Below, piece after piece: positions 25,993 to 38,673 of a stretch of DNA of 64,000 nt. Position 1 is the first letter of the stretch. Every line of letters begins with the position of its first letter. The notes under the pieces are model-generated. The model had not been told where the DNA came from, searched no databases, and saw only the letters and a list, made by a program, of their open reading frames with translations. Both the position numbers and the translations under genes were made by a program. This stretch comes from Eledone cirrhosa (taxonomy: Eukaryota). Where the stretch lies: positions 275,032,001-275,096,000 of the forward strand of contig OZ024742.1 of assembly GCA_964016885.1 (NCBI GenBank), given 5' to 3'.

Positions 25993-25995
<3 letters not shown>
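24800..25995 (+). mobile_element. 5'-truncated Penelope-like element (RT C-terminus plus GIY-YIG) ending in a hammerhead
   Basis: DFFDINLDL...YRPFHK...QPPTV...RISNLSS...IWFSPPFSHNVKTNVGK...CSCRKPEACPL*; then VVYEAVI...YVGMAEGRFKERFLNH; (TA)n after the tail. Confidence 0.92.
25946..25988 (+). ncRNA. minimal type I hammerhead ribozyme at PLE 3' end
   Basis: TACGAG-CTGAGGA-tCC gctaa GGt-GAAAC aagt GTT-CTC(t)GTA. Confidence 0.72.
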
Positions 25996-26027
<32 letters not shown>

Positions 26028-26061
26028 TTACAATAATCAAAGTTCAGTTTAAATCATTTAT

Positions 26062-26110
26062 TTGCTTACAATTGTTTCCTCCAAACCGAGGTTTGGATTC
26101 TTCGGAGCAA
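26062..26110 (-). ncRNA. type I hammerhead ribozyme, C4 core variant
   Basis: Minus strand: TTGCT-CCGAAGA-a TCCAAAC ctcg GTTTGGA g-GAAAC AATT GTA-AGCAA, overlapping AATAAA. Confidence 0.72.
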
Positions 26111-26310
26111 CTATTTAGTGATCTATAACATGCTTAACCTCCTTTTCAACACAAGAGACATATAAAAACATATGCATATATTGAGCTATTTATCTTACTG
26201 GTAATAAGATAGTAATGAATGACTATCTTTCACTATTTGGGGTTTGTATATGAAAAATATATAACCATAAAAGGTTTTATTATATACATAACCATAAATA
26301 GTATCCTTAA

Positions 26311-26422
<112 letters not shown>

Positions 26423-26432
26423 GCGTGTGCGT

Positions 26433-26463
<31 letters not shown>

Positions 26464-26597
26464 CGTGTGTGTGTGTGTGTGTCGATGCAAGTATGCATAC
26501 AAATGTGCACTCACATAGATTTAGGTTATGCCGCGTGGCTAGAAACCTGAATATGAAGATAGTTTGATACAATCGTTTACAATAATATACGTTCTGC

Positions 26598-29500
26598 CAG
26601 TGGCGTAAATAGCTTTTAAAGCCAGGGGGAGGCAAATTCGATCTAAAGGGGGCCCACCAATTCCATACGCTCATTTCCATCGGCTGCAAGGAAATATGTT
26701 CATACACGCATATAGAATAGATAATAATTTATAATAGAGTAGACAGCCACATAGATTACAGAGTTAGCATGTTCCGTGAAAACTTTATTAACTGCGAAGA
26801 CGGTGGTCTATCTACAGAAAAAAAAACATTCAATAAAACTAGTTTTGCAATCGATTATTCACCAACAAAAATTCGTATGTACAACAAATCGTCCATCTAA
26901 AACTTTACTTTCACATTCGAGCACATCACTTGTTCTACAGTTCTAATTTGCGATGTTTTACTTCAGAAAATTTTTCAATCACGATGCTGAAGTCAATTTT
27001 TTCAGCCAGTTCTCGCTCTATGTACATCATTGCCAGAGCATTCAACCACTCTTCACTCATGGTACTACGCAAATAATTTTTTATCAGTTTGAGCCTGCTG
27101 AAGGTTCGCTCAGCCTGCGCCGAGCTAACTGGAATAGTTATGAACATTTTGTATAAGGCAAACACGTTCGGATAGGTTCTATCTAAGTCATTAGAAATCA
27201 TAAACGGAACGATCTCAGAACTCAATATGGATTTATCTAAACACACTTCCTTGTAAACATCTTTGAATGATAAATACTCGTCGAAGATAGTTTCATTTTC
27301 GATGTCACCCTCGTAGAATTTCACAAGATTATCGATTCTCTCTCTATTGCATGTGTCGTCGTCGTCGAAGTGCGCCGGTATCAAGCACGAAAAATCCTTC
27401 ACTAGATCGTGCAAGTCGGCAAAACGTTCGTTAAAGCTACTAATGATTCTATCTAAGATAGTGAAATAAACGTCCCGTTTAAAATGCTGACTCATCGTCT
27501 CATGAGGTTCGTCACTGGCATTTTCGTCATGAAAACGCTTCTTTTTTCTTTTTCCTTTTTCTGTTGTAAACTCTGGTTCAACTTGACATTGCTCGGCGAG
27601 ATTTTTAGCGTCTGATAATGTTCGGTCAAAATATTCATTTGAGCGGATGTCTTCAATTTCTTTTACTACATTTTTAATCATGACGTCCGCGGAATATAAG
27701 TCGATAGCATCCTTCTGCAAATATTGTGAAACAGAATGCAGCTTTTTAAGTAAATTCTGAAAAAACTTTAACATGAAAATGAATTCAAACTTGCTCACAT
27801 TTAGTAGCAAACCTCTGGCCTCGGCTAATACTTTCATAATACTTTCGATGTTGTGAACATCCCCACTTATTATCCTCTCTAGTGCACTTATTACTGCCGG
27901 TAAGTTATTAATGGTAGTCTCTACAGCCTGAATGTGACTAAACCAGCGCGTATCTGAGAGCTTTTTTAATGTTAATACCGTTGAAGTCAATAGTTTTTCT
28001 TGTTTTTCTTCGAAGATTTTCGGCCTTGGTAAGCTTGATGTTAAGAAAACATACAGGCTCTCCAATATACCAACAAATAATTTACCATACACTGACGATT
28101 GGCTAGCATCGATTAACACCAAGTTCAGGTTATGAACGTAACAATGGACATAAACATCTTTCGAAGAGCATCTCTCTTTAACTCTAGCCTGAAGCCCAGA
28201 AATATGGCTGGATATATTCGACGCTCCGTCGTAAGCTTGTCCCCTAGTATATTGAGCATCCAAGGATAGATCCTGGAAAAGAACTTTCACAAGCGTATCG
28301 TAAAATGATTCAGTGGCTGCTGATTCTAGTTCACAAAACGACAGGAAATGCTCCTGTGCGAGGCCACTTTTCGATACATATCGCAGTGACACAGAGCATT
28401 GATCCTGATGCGAAATGTCTATTGTGGAATCGACGATGACTGAATAGTATTTTGCCGCTTTCACTTCCGTGATTATTTGTTGAGTACATTCGTTTGGCAG
28501 GCATTCTATGAATTCGTTTTGTAATTTTGGACTTAACTACATAGGCTGTCTTTTAGTGCGCCCAGGCGAGAATAAATGGTTTTCCAGGATCGTATCATAC
28601 TTGGCCATCAATTTTAACAATTCAATAAAGTTTCCTTCATTTTCTGATTTGGCGCCAAGTCCAGCATATTCCCTGTGACCTCTGAAGGCCAGGCCTTGTT
28701 TTGCGAGAAATAACGTACAATCAAGCAATCGCCTCAATATCTGGCGATTTCGTTCAATTCGCTTCTTCTCTTCATGGATGAGGTTATCGATCACTGTTTT
28801 ATCTGCGTCCAAACGATATTTTGTCATGAAGTATTGCTTTTGTGCATTGATGTGAATGGCACTTTTCTCATGCTTGGCAATTTTTTCGATTCCCTTTTTG
28901 AAGTTTGCCATCCCACACTCTTAATTACCCCAAGTCTTCGAGTAAGATTCGCATTTTCATCAGCACACAGCCAACAACAAAAGCAATATAGTCTGTTGGA
29001 TTTAGGAGAGTATACTAACCAGTGTCGGTCAACTTTATGGATTCCAGCACACTTTCTCTTGTACCAACTGATGTTGAATTTTTTGTGGTTCGAGTCGAGA
29101 GGGAAATCAGCAAAATTATCTTTCAATCCTGGCTGACAAAGACCAACGGCCATGAGGGGGCGAATTAGAGGTATCGTCAATGGCCTGTTCTCGAAATGTT
29201 TCGGGTCGCTTGGATACTTCTCTTGTAAATTCAACATGCATTCTACTGGCTCATACTCTGGGATTTGTTTTGCCAATGTAGTTTCCTCTGAATCATTTTC
29301 ATTTTCAGATTCCGATACAGCCATTTTCCCCTCTATTGAATTCGGATCCCCAGTTGGAACTACATCTTCAGTGACTACGACGGTTGTTGAGATAGTCGAT
29401 GGACCTGGGGCATCTTCGACGTCAGGTTCTCCTGACTCTCCAGTGCTTTTCTGTTTCTCCAGTTCATCTGACCAGACCGACTCGCCGGAAATTCCGGCAG

Positions 29501-30030
29501 TTACGTTGCTTTGGGATGCGTCACTACTTGTTGACGAAGACTGTTGACTTTTCAGAAAACTTGTGATTAGATGACATTTCTTCGCAGATTCTTCCGTGGC
29601 AGCTTGTCTAGCTTCTCTCCTCTTTGTTGCTCCAATTTTGTAAGTTTTTTTATGCAGCATTGTTAATGAACACTATATTGACACTGTTTTCCAGTGGCTT
29701 TGTCTTAAAAAAAAATTCTTCCTTTTTCCTTTTTCTTTTTTTTTCTATAGGTCTTTAAGTGCCGAAATAGCTTGTGATTAGAAAGCCACTACACTTACCG
29801 CATTTCTTTGGTCCTGGCAAAGTCGTTGGCTGGTTTTCCTCTCTTCCACGTGTGTACAATCCAGCTCGCCGATCGCAGCCTCAAATTGCACGCCGGTCTC
29901 AGTCCGATGACCGCCGTAGAAGAGAAATGGGCCTCTCAAGCTGACGTCACATCTGCTCGCCCTTCCGGTCGAGCACGCTTCCGGTCAAGCACGCCCAGCC
30001 TCCGGCCACTACACACCACACCATACCCAC
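26598..30030 (-). mobile_element. hAT DNA transposon (Tip100/ZMYM1-like group)
   Basis: Left terminus CAGTGGCGTA (TIR-like) at 26598; internal transposase. I could not find a matching right TIR, so the right boundary is approximate. Confidence 0.8.
26935..29660 (-). pseudogene. hAT transposase split into three ORFs by frameshifts
   Basis: TTF-type Zn finger WLVYSPKSNRLYCFCCWL; LAKQGLAFRGH...NEGNFIELL (DUF4371-like); YSVIVDSTIDISHQDQ, GQAYDGAS, YVHCYVHNLNL, SDTRW; hATC dimerization PVSSAQAERTFSRLKLIKNYLRSTM. The distal 509 aa are open. Confidence 0.93.
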
Positions 30031-30435
30031 AATGAGCACTATATTGACACACTTGGAATAATGCAATTTGCTTGATTTAATATTCAACACCGAAGAATGT
30101 AAAACACGTCAAATAATCGACGAAAAACAAAACATAGAGCAAAAGTCCAGGAAATGTCGCAAATACCAAATTGTTCTAAAATATGACTAATGATAAAAAG
30201 TAACAACATAAATAAAAATATTATATATATTTTTTCTATATATACACACAATATATAGATATATATATATATTATATGCATAATTATACTTTTAATTAAA
30301 TAATAGGTTAAAAACTTGAGCATCCAGAATAACATAAGCGTGTATTACAACATTTCAAACAAATAGAATAATATGGAATTTAGATATCAAATCATTTATT
30401 TATATTTACAAATCAAAGAATATAATAATCGGTTT

Positions 30436-30685
30436 TTAATGAGATCCCTGTGATTGATGCAAGGCTATTAATTTGTCAATGTTTGGTGTGAAAGCCGTTA
30501 GAGAGAGTCGTAAATCACCTCTTCTTTCTATATCAAGACGATTTTGACTTTTTGAAAGCAGACGCATCACCTGACTGAAACCTGACTCAACTATATAAGA
30601 TGTGGGGAAAGCAAGTAAAAAAGATTTAACGTTTTTATTCGACGGAATATTGTCTACACTTCTTTTTAGATGCAGTTGCCATTTT
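30436..30685 (-). mobile_element. C-terminal fragment of a Buster/Charlie-type hAT transposase
   Basis: LLAFPTSYIVESGFS...NRLDIERRGDLRLSLT..PNIDKL...HQSQGSH* is the typical SCAND3/ZBED8/Buster C-terminus. Confidence 0.85.
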
Positions 30686-30878
30686 ATCACATGTACAAAT
30701 ACTCACAAATACCCGCGCCAGCATATACGTGTTTGACATTTTCTAAAACAAAATCAATGTACGAATTGCTATGTATCAGAAGTTCTGATACATAGCAATT
30801 CGTACATTGATTTTGTTTTAGAAAATGTCAAACACGTATATGCTGGCGCGGGTATTTGTGAGTATATGTACATGTGAT
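30686..30878. repeat. 193-bp near-perfect palindrome (96-bp arms, 1-nt centre)
   Basis: Centre ...atcagaa g ttctgat... at 30782. One mismatch seen between the arms. Confidence 0.97.
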
Positions 30879-30900
30879 TATGTATGATTGCATAAGCTTA

Positions 30901-31290
30901 TATATAGAAATGAATTAGGACCCAATATATCAAATTAATAAACGAATTTAAAGACTCATGTTAAAGAGCCCGGAATCTATCCCTGGAGCTCATTAAATTA
31001 TAGGGGATTAAATCATAGGCGGTGGATTGTCAGTATCGGTAGAGGGTCTGATACCATGCTTTGCAGCAAAGAGTTACGGCTCTTTATGGTCTGAGTTCAA
31101 ATCCCGCCGAGGTTAACTTTGCATTTCATCCTTACGGGGTCAATAAAATAAAGAACCAGTAATACACTGGGATAATTGATGGCCTTGTGCCCAAAGCAAA
31201 AACAATTAAATTATAGGGGATTAAAGTGAGTCTTTAACTCCGTTTTTATTTAATTTGATATATTGACTCCCAATTCATTTCTATATATAT
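30901..31290. repeat. fold-back unit (~58-bp diverged arms) interrupted by a SINE
   Basis: tatatagaaatgaatt...aaagactca / tgagtcttt...aattcatttctatata. Confidence 0.75.
31013..31204 (+). mobile_element. SINE family 1 with 21-bp TSD
   Basis: TSD attaaattataggggattaaa at 30992-31012 and 31205-31225. Confidence 0.92.
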
Positions 31291-31724
31291 GTAGAACATC
31301 TTTAGTTGAATGGTCCTGGGCTGCTGTTTTAGCTGTCTTTTGGTCCATTCACAACAGCATGGGCTATACATCGCACGTGTCTTCTCTCTACACCATGTGC
31401 GTTTTTTTATTTATCTGATATGGAATCTTTATATGGAATCTTTATATTTTGGAATCTTTATATGGAATCTTTATATTTTGTAGCAAAATATACTCTAATT
31501 TGAGCTTGTCTAGGTGTAATACTTATTATTGGATGGTTAGTCCACTTCAATTTATTCTTTTAATTGATATGTATTCGTCTTTCCTTTCGTAGACAATATG
31601 TTCATCACTCTGGTGGTTTTCTATCCCCTACTATGATTAAACACATACCTCTGTGTACTTCTCTCTATATACTGAAAAATATATATATATTTGTCTTTAA
31701 TCTGTGTAATAACTCCGATGATTC

Positions 31725-31827
<103 letters not shown>

Positions 31828-31870
31828 AGTAAGTCAAACATGACAAATTTGGCTTCGTTTATTATAAATT

Positions 31871-31929
31871 CTCTGCAATATATATATTTCGGTGACAGCT
31901 ATTATTGGCTGTGACCTCTTCAGGCAGAG
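31871..31929 (-). ncRNA. type I hammerhead ribozyme
   Basis: CTCTGC-CTGAAGA-GGTCACAGCC aataat AGCTGTCACC-GAAA-TATATATA-TT-GCAGAG. Confidence 0.85.
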
Positions 31930-32284
31930 GCAGTTCGAATTAATGTGGAAAAGTGGAAAAGACAGGTAAACATGTTGTTGAAGTGTGTTCCACTCTGTCA
32001 ATACATCGATATATCCAGCTCCTGGATGTGTTGTTAGTCCTCCGAGGAACTGGAATCATATCTGCATACTGAGGTGTCGGTGACCAACCAACATATACTT
32101 ACAATTTATATATATATATATATATATAATGTAAAAGTAATTGATAATAAAAGAATGTATAATTTTTCAAAAAATGAATAACTAGCGGTCGTTTCAACGT
32201 AGCAAATGGCCCGACACATCGCAGTTATTATACTGTAAAAATCATATATAGTTGTGGACAAAATTGATGCTGAAAAAATTAGTA

Positions 32285-32475
32285 TTCGAAATAAGCTTAA
32301 GGATGTATTGTATTTCGAAATTAAGCTTAAGGATTTAAGCATCAAATTAAAATCGACCATAAATTTGAGACCTGAAATCTTAATAAATTGTAGACACAAC
32401 AGAAAGAATACTTTCTCTGCCCTGATATTCGAGCAGGTGCCATGGACAAGCCATAACAACTTAAACACAACGTAG
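32285..32475 (+). mobile_element. Penelope-like element C-terminal remnant
   Basis: EIKLKD...NLRPEILINCRHNRK parallels EIVRLKD...NLKSEIIMTCRHQRR of ORF 5191-5628. Confidence 0.6.
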
Positions 32476-33229
32476 GAATAAGTACCACTATTTTCTCATA
32501 TCTCATTTCATTACCACTGTTATCCTTGTTAATCTTTAATACATAATCAGTTTTTAGTTTTGATCCTGTAAATGCTAGGTCGCATTCATTGACAAACCCC
32601 CACCACTAAACACATCACTATGCACCCACCACCACCCACACCAACACATACCACATACCACATACAATTGAAGAACACACAAACCACTAGCACCATACAC
32701 TTCAACACAACGGTTTACATCGCTCCATCTTGTATCAATAATTGCACCACATCTTCAACATCACATTTTATATACTTTCTACCATCTATTAACCCCACAC
32801 GATATCTTCTACATGCAACGCCGATGCGCGTACACCTGAACACATCTCGTGTATACACACGCGTGTGTATATGCATATATGTATGTAAGTTTATGTATGG
32901 ATTTATATATAATCGTGTGTAAGGGTGAGTGAGTGAGTATGTATGTCCATATGTGTGTGAATGCACCCCTGCATTCCTCAGATTGCGAGCACCTTTACAT
33001 CGTTGGTGTGTCCACATGGGTCATTGATTCTGAGAACTCGTACGACGCGTGGAGGCCAGTGCGGGTGTCCAGGATGACGGCATGAAAACTCCATACCCCC
33101 TTCCACGAGGAGACGCATATAACAAGGCACGTCCTTCTGACTACGTATACCTTCTACGTGTTCCTATGTGGGGTGATGTATATATGGGTGTGTGTATATA
33201 TGTAGGTGTTAGAGTCTTTTATTATTTGA

Positions 33230-33269
33230 GCCGTTATATATATTTCAATGACGATAAACTTCAGACAAC
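33230..33269 (-). ncRNA. hammerhead with deleted stem II (same family as 34611)
   Basis: Minus strand GTTGT-CTGAAG[deletion]tttatcgtcatt-GAAA-TATATATA-ACGGC. Confidence 0.55.
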
Positions 33270-34390
33270 AAAAATTGATTAAAAGGTAGCATTTCTGAGG
33301 CAATATTACTTGGAAGAGAGCGGACTAAAAAATGTTTTTGCTTTGGTTGTTCGCTCCTTCTGGTTTCAAGCCATTCAGACAGCTCTGCGCATGTTGCAGA
33401 GGTGTGTGGATGGCTGCCCCCTCACCTACACTCAGAATACTACCAACCTTGTATGTTCTCTCTATCAACTAATTTTCCACCTCCTCGACCGAAAACTCGA
33501 TATGGTCAGTGTGAGTTCAAGCCAGCCAAAATTTACTGGATAGCTTTGGCAACCTGTAGGATTTCGGTGCATTTGTACCCGCCATCCGTTTATGGCGGGA
33601 TAATCACTCCGAACGAGAAAGTTTCTTTCTGCTATGGTTAATATAACTTCTCATAGAACATATTTAAAGTTTCACAACTCGAAAACATTTCTAAATTTCA
33701 GATGCTAGGAGTCCAGACAACTAGATAACAGTCAATTTGCTAAGGATAAGAAAATATCTGGCCTCTTGTCGTGGATGACATGTTAAATTGAAAGTATCTA
33801 ATTTAACGATTGTTAAACTTTAAAATAAACGAATGTAAAAATTAAACAAATGTAAAAATTAAACAATCCTACAGTTGGTATCCCAGTGAATCCAGTGGAG
33901 ACAAAAGATACATTGATGGTTTAAGGAAAAATTTACAAGTAAGGAAGAACGGGGAAAAGGAGATTATAAATAGAATAAAATAAAGGGGGAAATATATGAA
34001 TATAGGGTAAAAAGACCTATAAAGAGAATGAAGGAAACATAGACGGAAAAAACAGAAAGAAAAATCCGTGATAAATGTCTAAGTGGGGGCGAGCTATAAA
34101 GAGTCAGTTATATTCACAGTGGTTCGGGTATTTTGGTCCGTGCAGTTGCAGCTGGGTGAACCTCGCAGGCTGTCCATGGCTATAAAAGGTGGGGTGGAAC
34201 CCGACAGGAGATCTGCCTTCTAGGGTGTTGTATGGAGAATAAGAGGTAGTAGTTGCTTTTGGGTCTCTCATTAATCCGATCGGAAGATGTTCCATTGTAA
34301 ATCGTTAGTGTCGGTGAAACCTGGGCTGTATTCTGCCTTACTTCATCGGATTGGATTGTATAAAAAAGCGCTCAATATGGGAGCTAATTA

Positions 34391-34785
34391 TATTCGGTAT
34401 ACAAAGATGCAATTGACTTCTAGCCCTCAACGCCATATGCCCAATGACAGGGTAACGGAGTATATTAATAAAGATGAAAATGCGAAATTGAAGGTGTCGG
34501 ACTCCTTTATTACTTCAGCCGTTATATATATTTCAATGACAAAGGTAACATTTCGGAGGCAATTTTATAAATAAAATTGCCTCAGAAATATTACCTTTTA
34601 ATCAATGTTTGGTGTCTGAAGAGATCACGATGTTTTATCGTCATTGAAATATATATAGCAACTCAAATAATAAAGGACTCTAACATCTTAAACTTCACAT
34701 TTTCATCTTTATTAATATACTCCGTCACCACTGTCATTGGGATTATGGCGTTGAGTACTAGAAGTCAATTCCATCATTGTATACG

Positions 34786-34790
<5 letters not shown>
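34391..34790. repeat. diverged fold-back unit (~180-220-bp arms) containing a hammerhead
   Basis: tattcggtatacaa...gaggcaatttta / taaaattgcctc...ttgtatacggaata. Centre near 34570; the right arm ends in (TA)n. Confidence 0.88.
34611..34662 (+). ncRNA. type I hammerhead ribozyme
   Basis: GGTGT-CTGAAGA-gatc ACGAT gtttt ATCGT catt-GAAA-TATATATA-GCAAC, then AATAATAAA. Confidence 0.72.
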
Positions 34791-34819
<29 letters not shown>

Positions 34820-35243
34820 ATAATGGAGCTGCGGCGTTGCAAATGGGTTACATATGAAAAAGTAAGTCCTTCATCAGTGGCCTTCCAACCGTCGTAGGCA
34901 TTTCATCACTTTAAAGGCCATATACCTCAGGTTGGTGCGAACAACGGCTAAAAAAAGTCGTTGGGACACGTAAATAAAGGGGACGCTGGGGTGAACAAAC
35001 AAAATGGTTTAAGCAACAGAAAGTGAGAAGAAAGAGACAAGTCCCAGATTTCTATGAATATAAACTCGGTGAAATCGTGAACGAGAGACTAAAGACCATC
35101 AAACCTGGTTGAAATGTGAGCAAGGAAGGAATTTCGCACATATATATATATATATGAAAATAACAGATTAAAGTTTAAGCAAAGAATCACTGCTTATCCT
35201 TATCGAGCCCTGTTTGGATTTTAGTCTTCAAATTTATTATTAT

Positions 35244-35280
<37 letters not shown>

Positions 35281-35291
35281 TGTGTGTGTGT

Positions 35292-35386
<95 letters not shown>
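35281..35386. repeat. (TG)n microsatellite
   Basis: Direct tract. Confidence 0.97.
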
Positions 35387-35389
<3 letters not shown>

Positions 35390-36028
35390 ACATCCACACT
35401 CGTGTGGATCTGTAAGCACGGACCTATGCCCCTGGGTGAGTGTGCACACAGAGTTATTTATTTATATTTTTCCTTTTTTATACTCTCTCACACAGCATGA
35501 TTTCTATAATTCTTCTTAATAGCCTTCTCTACTTTCTACAGTCTTCACAAACCTAGCTTCATACCATATTTCCTCATTCGTGTGTATATATATATATTTT
35601 ATATATATTTTATATATATTTTATATATGTTTTCATTCAATAAACTCATACCACTCCCATCACCTCATTAATTGCTTATAGCCTATATATCCTTAAACGA
35701 TGCCCAAACGCATAATAAACACAGCAGTCTTTCATCTCATATCATCCACAACCCCACCACCATAACCACACCACATACAGCACCTCAGGCTCACCATATA
35801 CTCACCGACATGCCTAGGGCTAGCCAAAGCATCACAAAATCCTCGCTACTCACATCAATCTTTGCTCCTCACCACTAACTCGTCTCTACGCTCATCCACC
35901 ACACTTATCTTACAGGCCAAAACATTCCCCATAATCAACCACCAATCAAAACAACATAAACTGACCAACATATGAATGTTAGACTTTTTATATGCCATGT
36001 ATATTCATCCTGTCAATCCTACCACAGA

Positions 36029-36094
36029 GGTCCGACGAGCTTTTGAGTCCAGAGTCGGGCCAGTGAGCTGATCAGTAGATAAACGCGCGTCACC
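36029..36094 (+). ncRNA. degenerate hammerhead-like motif
   Basis: GGT-CCGACGA-gct...agc..-(GAT)AAA-CGCGCG-TC-ACC, then TAATAAA. GAAA is disrupted. Confidence 0.45.
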
Positions 36095-36169
36095 AACTAA
36101 TAAACGTAATGAAGGCGTAACTATTCGTCCTTGTATCATATATATATATATATTTCGCTTTTGAAGTTC

Positions 36170-37645
36170 TTTTGCAAGATTTATCTGAGAACGGGTGTTG
36201 AGACAGATATTCTTATACTTTCGGTGGGTCATGCTGCCAGTAAAAACACACGCACCTGCTGGTTTTCACTTCAATTTATTATAAATTTCCAGTTGGATCA
36301 TTGGTTCGATAACTGCATGGTTGTCACACATTCTATGACCTCCTCAGTAACTGTCATTTTTTTTTATTTAGTTAGTAACTAGTAATAATAGAGCACTTAT
36401 CCTCCAATCGCATTATATTAAACCCATGACATCCAAGTACCTGATCCACAGAAACTCGGCTGTTTCGAATAACATGAAAATCAACATACTGATTACGGAT
36501 TTAGTAAGAGTAATGAGCAACGTGTCCAGCATGTCAATCCTAAAGAATTAGAGAGAAACATACAACACTTCACCCACCGCATGCAGTTCTCTGGCTACAA
36601 TCAAAGAGACAAGATTAGGGTATAAAAAGGAGCCAGGAGCAAATGGGACTTGCTCCTTTTGAATAAAATAGAAAGGTTTAAGAAAAAGGCAAATAAAACC
36701 AACTCATGGTATGATAGCAATAAATATCAGAGTGTAATGTTCATCAATGCAGCCCTCAAAGGCGAACTAGCTTATAGATTTAGAAGGGCTCTAGAAAAGA
36801 TAATATTAAATAACGATATTAAAAAAAGGTAGTTGAAAGTCCAGATATTCCTATAAAACCTAATAGGTAAAACATATCGGTTTCAAAGAACACCCTACAC
36901 TGATTGAAAATGCATAGCCTTCAAGCAAAGCTTGCAAACTAACTGCACAAATAGAAACGTAGTATATAGCATATGATGTACTGAGGGTCAGTGTAGGTAT
37001 AAGAACGCAACGTACATAGGAGAAACAGCCCGTAGCATTGGAAAAATTTTAAGTGAACATTTGCGATAACTCCAAGATGGGAAAAAAACTCATCAGAACT
37101 CCACTAACATACCAAAATAGAACATAGGGGCACATTAGAGAACATAGAAATAAAAATTATACCCACAGAAAAGATGCAACGCTCAAACAGTTCACAGAGG
37201 CGACAAACACAAACGAACTCCGAAACAAATTAATCAGAAAACATGTGTGGAATAGCAACATTAAAACTAACAGTTAAGGACAAAATGAAATATACAGACA
37301 CAGAAAAACCAAACTAAAAAAACAAATCAGACGCACACAGATAGAACAAACAACCAACTAGTGACAAGTAAATAACCACACAAATGAATAAACACAAACA
37401 CACAGATGCGGAAATCAAGCACACAGAACACAACACAAAAAACAAGATGATGTTGGGGAGATCAAAGGAGAGACACACAAAATAAAAAAACAAGGTCACA
37501 GAATGTGTGACGAAAGAGCTTTGACAATATATAAACAACCATCCGGTTGTCGAACCAACCACCCGGAAATTTATAATAAATTGAAGCGAAACCGACAGGT
37601 GCATGTGTTTTTATTGGCAACATGACCCACCCAAAATATAACAAG

Positions 37646-37650
<5 letters not shown>
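36170..37650 (+). mobile_element. decayed Penelope-like element with inverted 5' copy of its tail
   Basis: RMQFSGYNQ, WYDSNKYQSVMF and VVYSI*C...YIGETARS fragments. 36210-36340 is a diverged reverse complement of 37495-37640. Confidence 0.8.
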
Positions 37651-37695
<45 letters not shown>

Positions 37696-37806
37696 CTCCA
37701 GTTCCTCAGTGAATTAACAACCCAACAAGGAACTGGGCATATCAGAGTATTGACAATATTATACACCTAAACAACATATGTACTTGTCTATACCATACTA
37801 ATTCAA

Positions 37807-37861
37807 ACTGCCTGAAGAGGTCACAGCCAAAGATGGCTGTCACTGAAATATATATAGCAGT
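37807..37861 (+). ncRNA. type I hammerhead ribozyme
   Basis: ACTGC-CTGAAGA-GGTCACAGCC aaagat GGCTGTCACT-GAAA-TATATA-TA-GCAGT, immediately followed by AATAAA. Confidence 0.88.
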
Positions 37862-38582
37862 AATAAACGAAGCTAAATTTTAATCATTTGACTTTTATTT
37901 AACTTTATTTTACACTACTCTGGAGTAACCAAATCAACCTGCGCACTTCGTCGAGTGCTCCAGCCTGCATACTGAGGTGTTGGTATACAACCAACATAAA
38001 CTCAAAATCTATATATATATATATATATATAGGTAAATATATATAGGTAAATATAAGGTAAATATTGATGCAATTCAATTCAAGAACTCAGTTCCCCCTC
38101 TCAACCAAACAATGACCCTATTCAGGCCTGTAATATATAGCTTAGTGCTAGCCACCCCGCCAGTGGCAGTCAGTCGAAAGCTAGTGGGATTGGAAGACTA
38201 TGAGTATCAATAGGTCTCAATACTACCCTAAATTAAGCATGGACAGTAGAATTGACCATCAACCTCTAAGAGAAAATATACTTAATTCTAGGTATTATGG
38301 TTTCACAGTGGAAATTATGAATGAGAGTCGGAAATTAAAACTAAAAATTAAAATTCAAAAATCAGAAATCAAAAACTAAAAAAAATTAGAAGTGAGAATC
38401 CAGATTGAAGTGAGTAAAAAAATAAATGCACATATACTAACTAATAAGGAAGTTGACCATCAATTACCGCAGATTTCTACGAAATTTGCCTAGGCAGTTC
38501 CCCCTCTCAACCAAACAATGAAATATGTATCACAGCATTATCCTTAAAGGACCTTAACATCTGATACTACTTTGCTTTTTCT

Positions 38583-38673
<91 letters not shown>

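Noticed and set aside
26935-28464. Domesticated ZMYM1-like host gene
   Set aside because: The N-terminal part is frameshifted, there are no evident introns, and a TIR-like end is retained, so it is a transposon copy.
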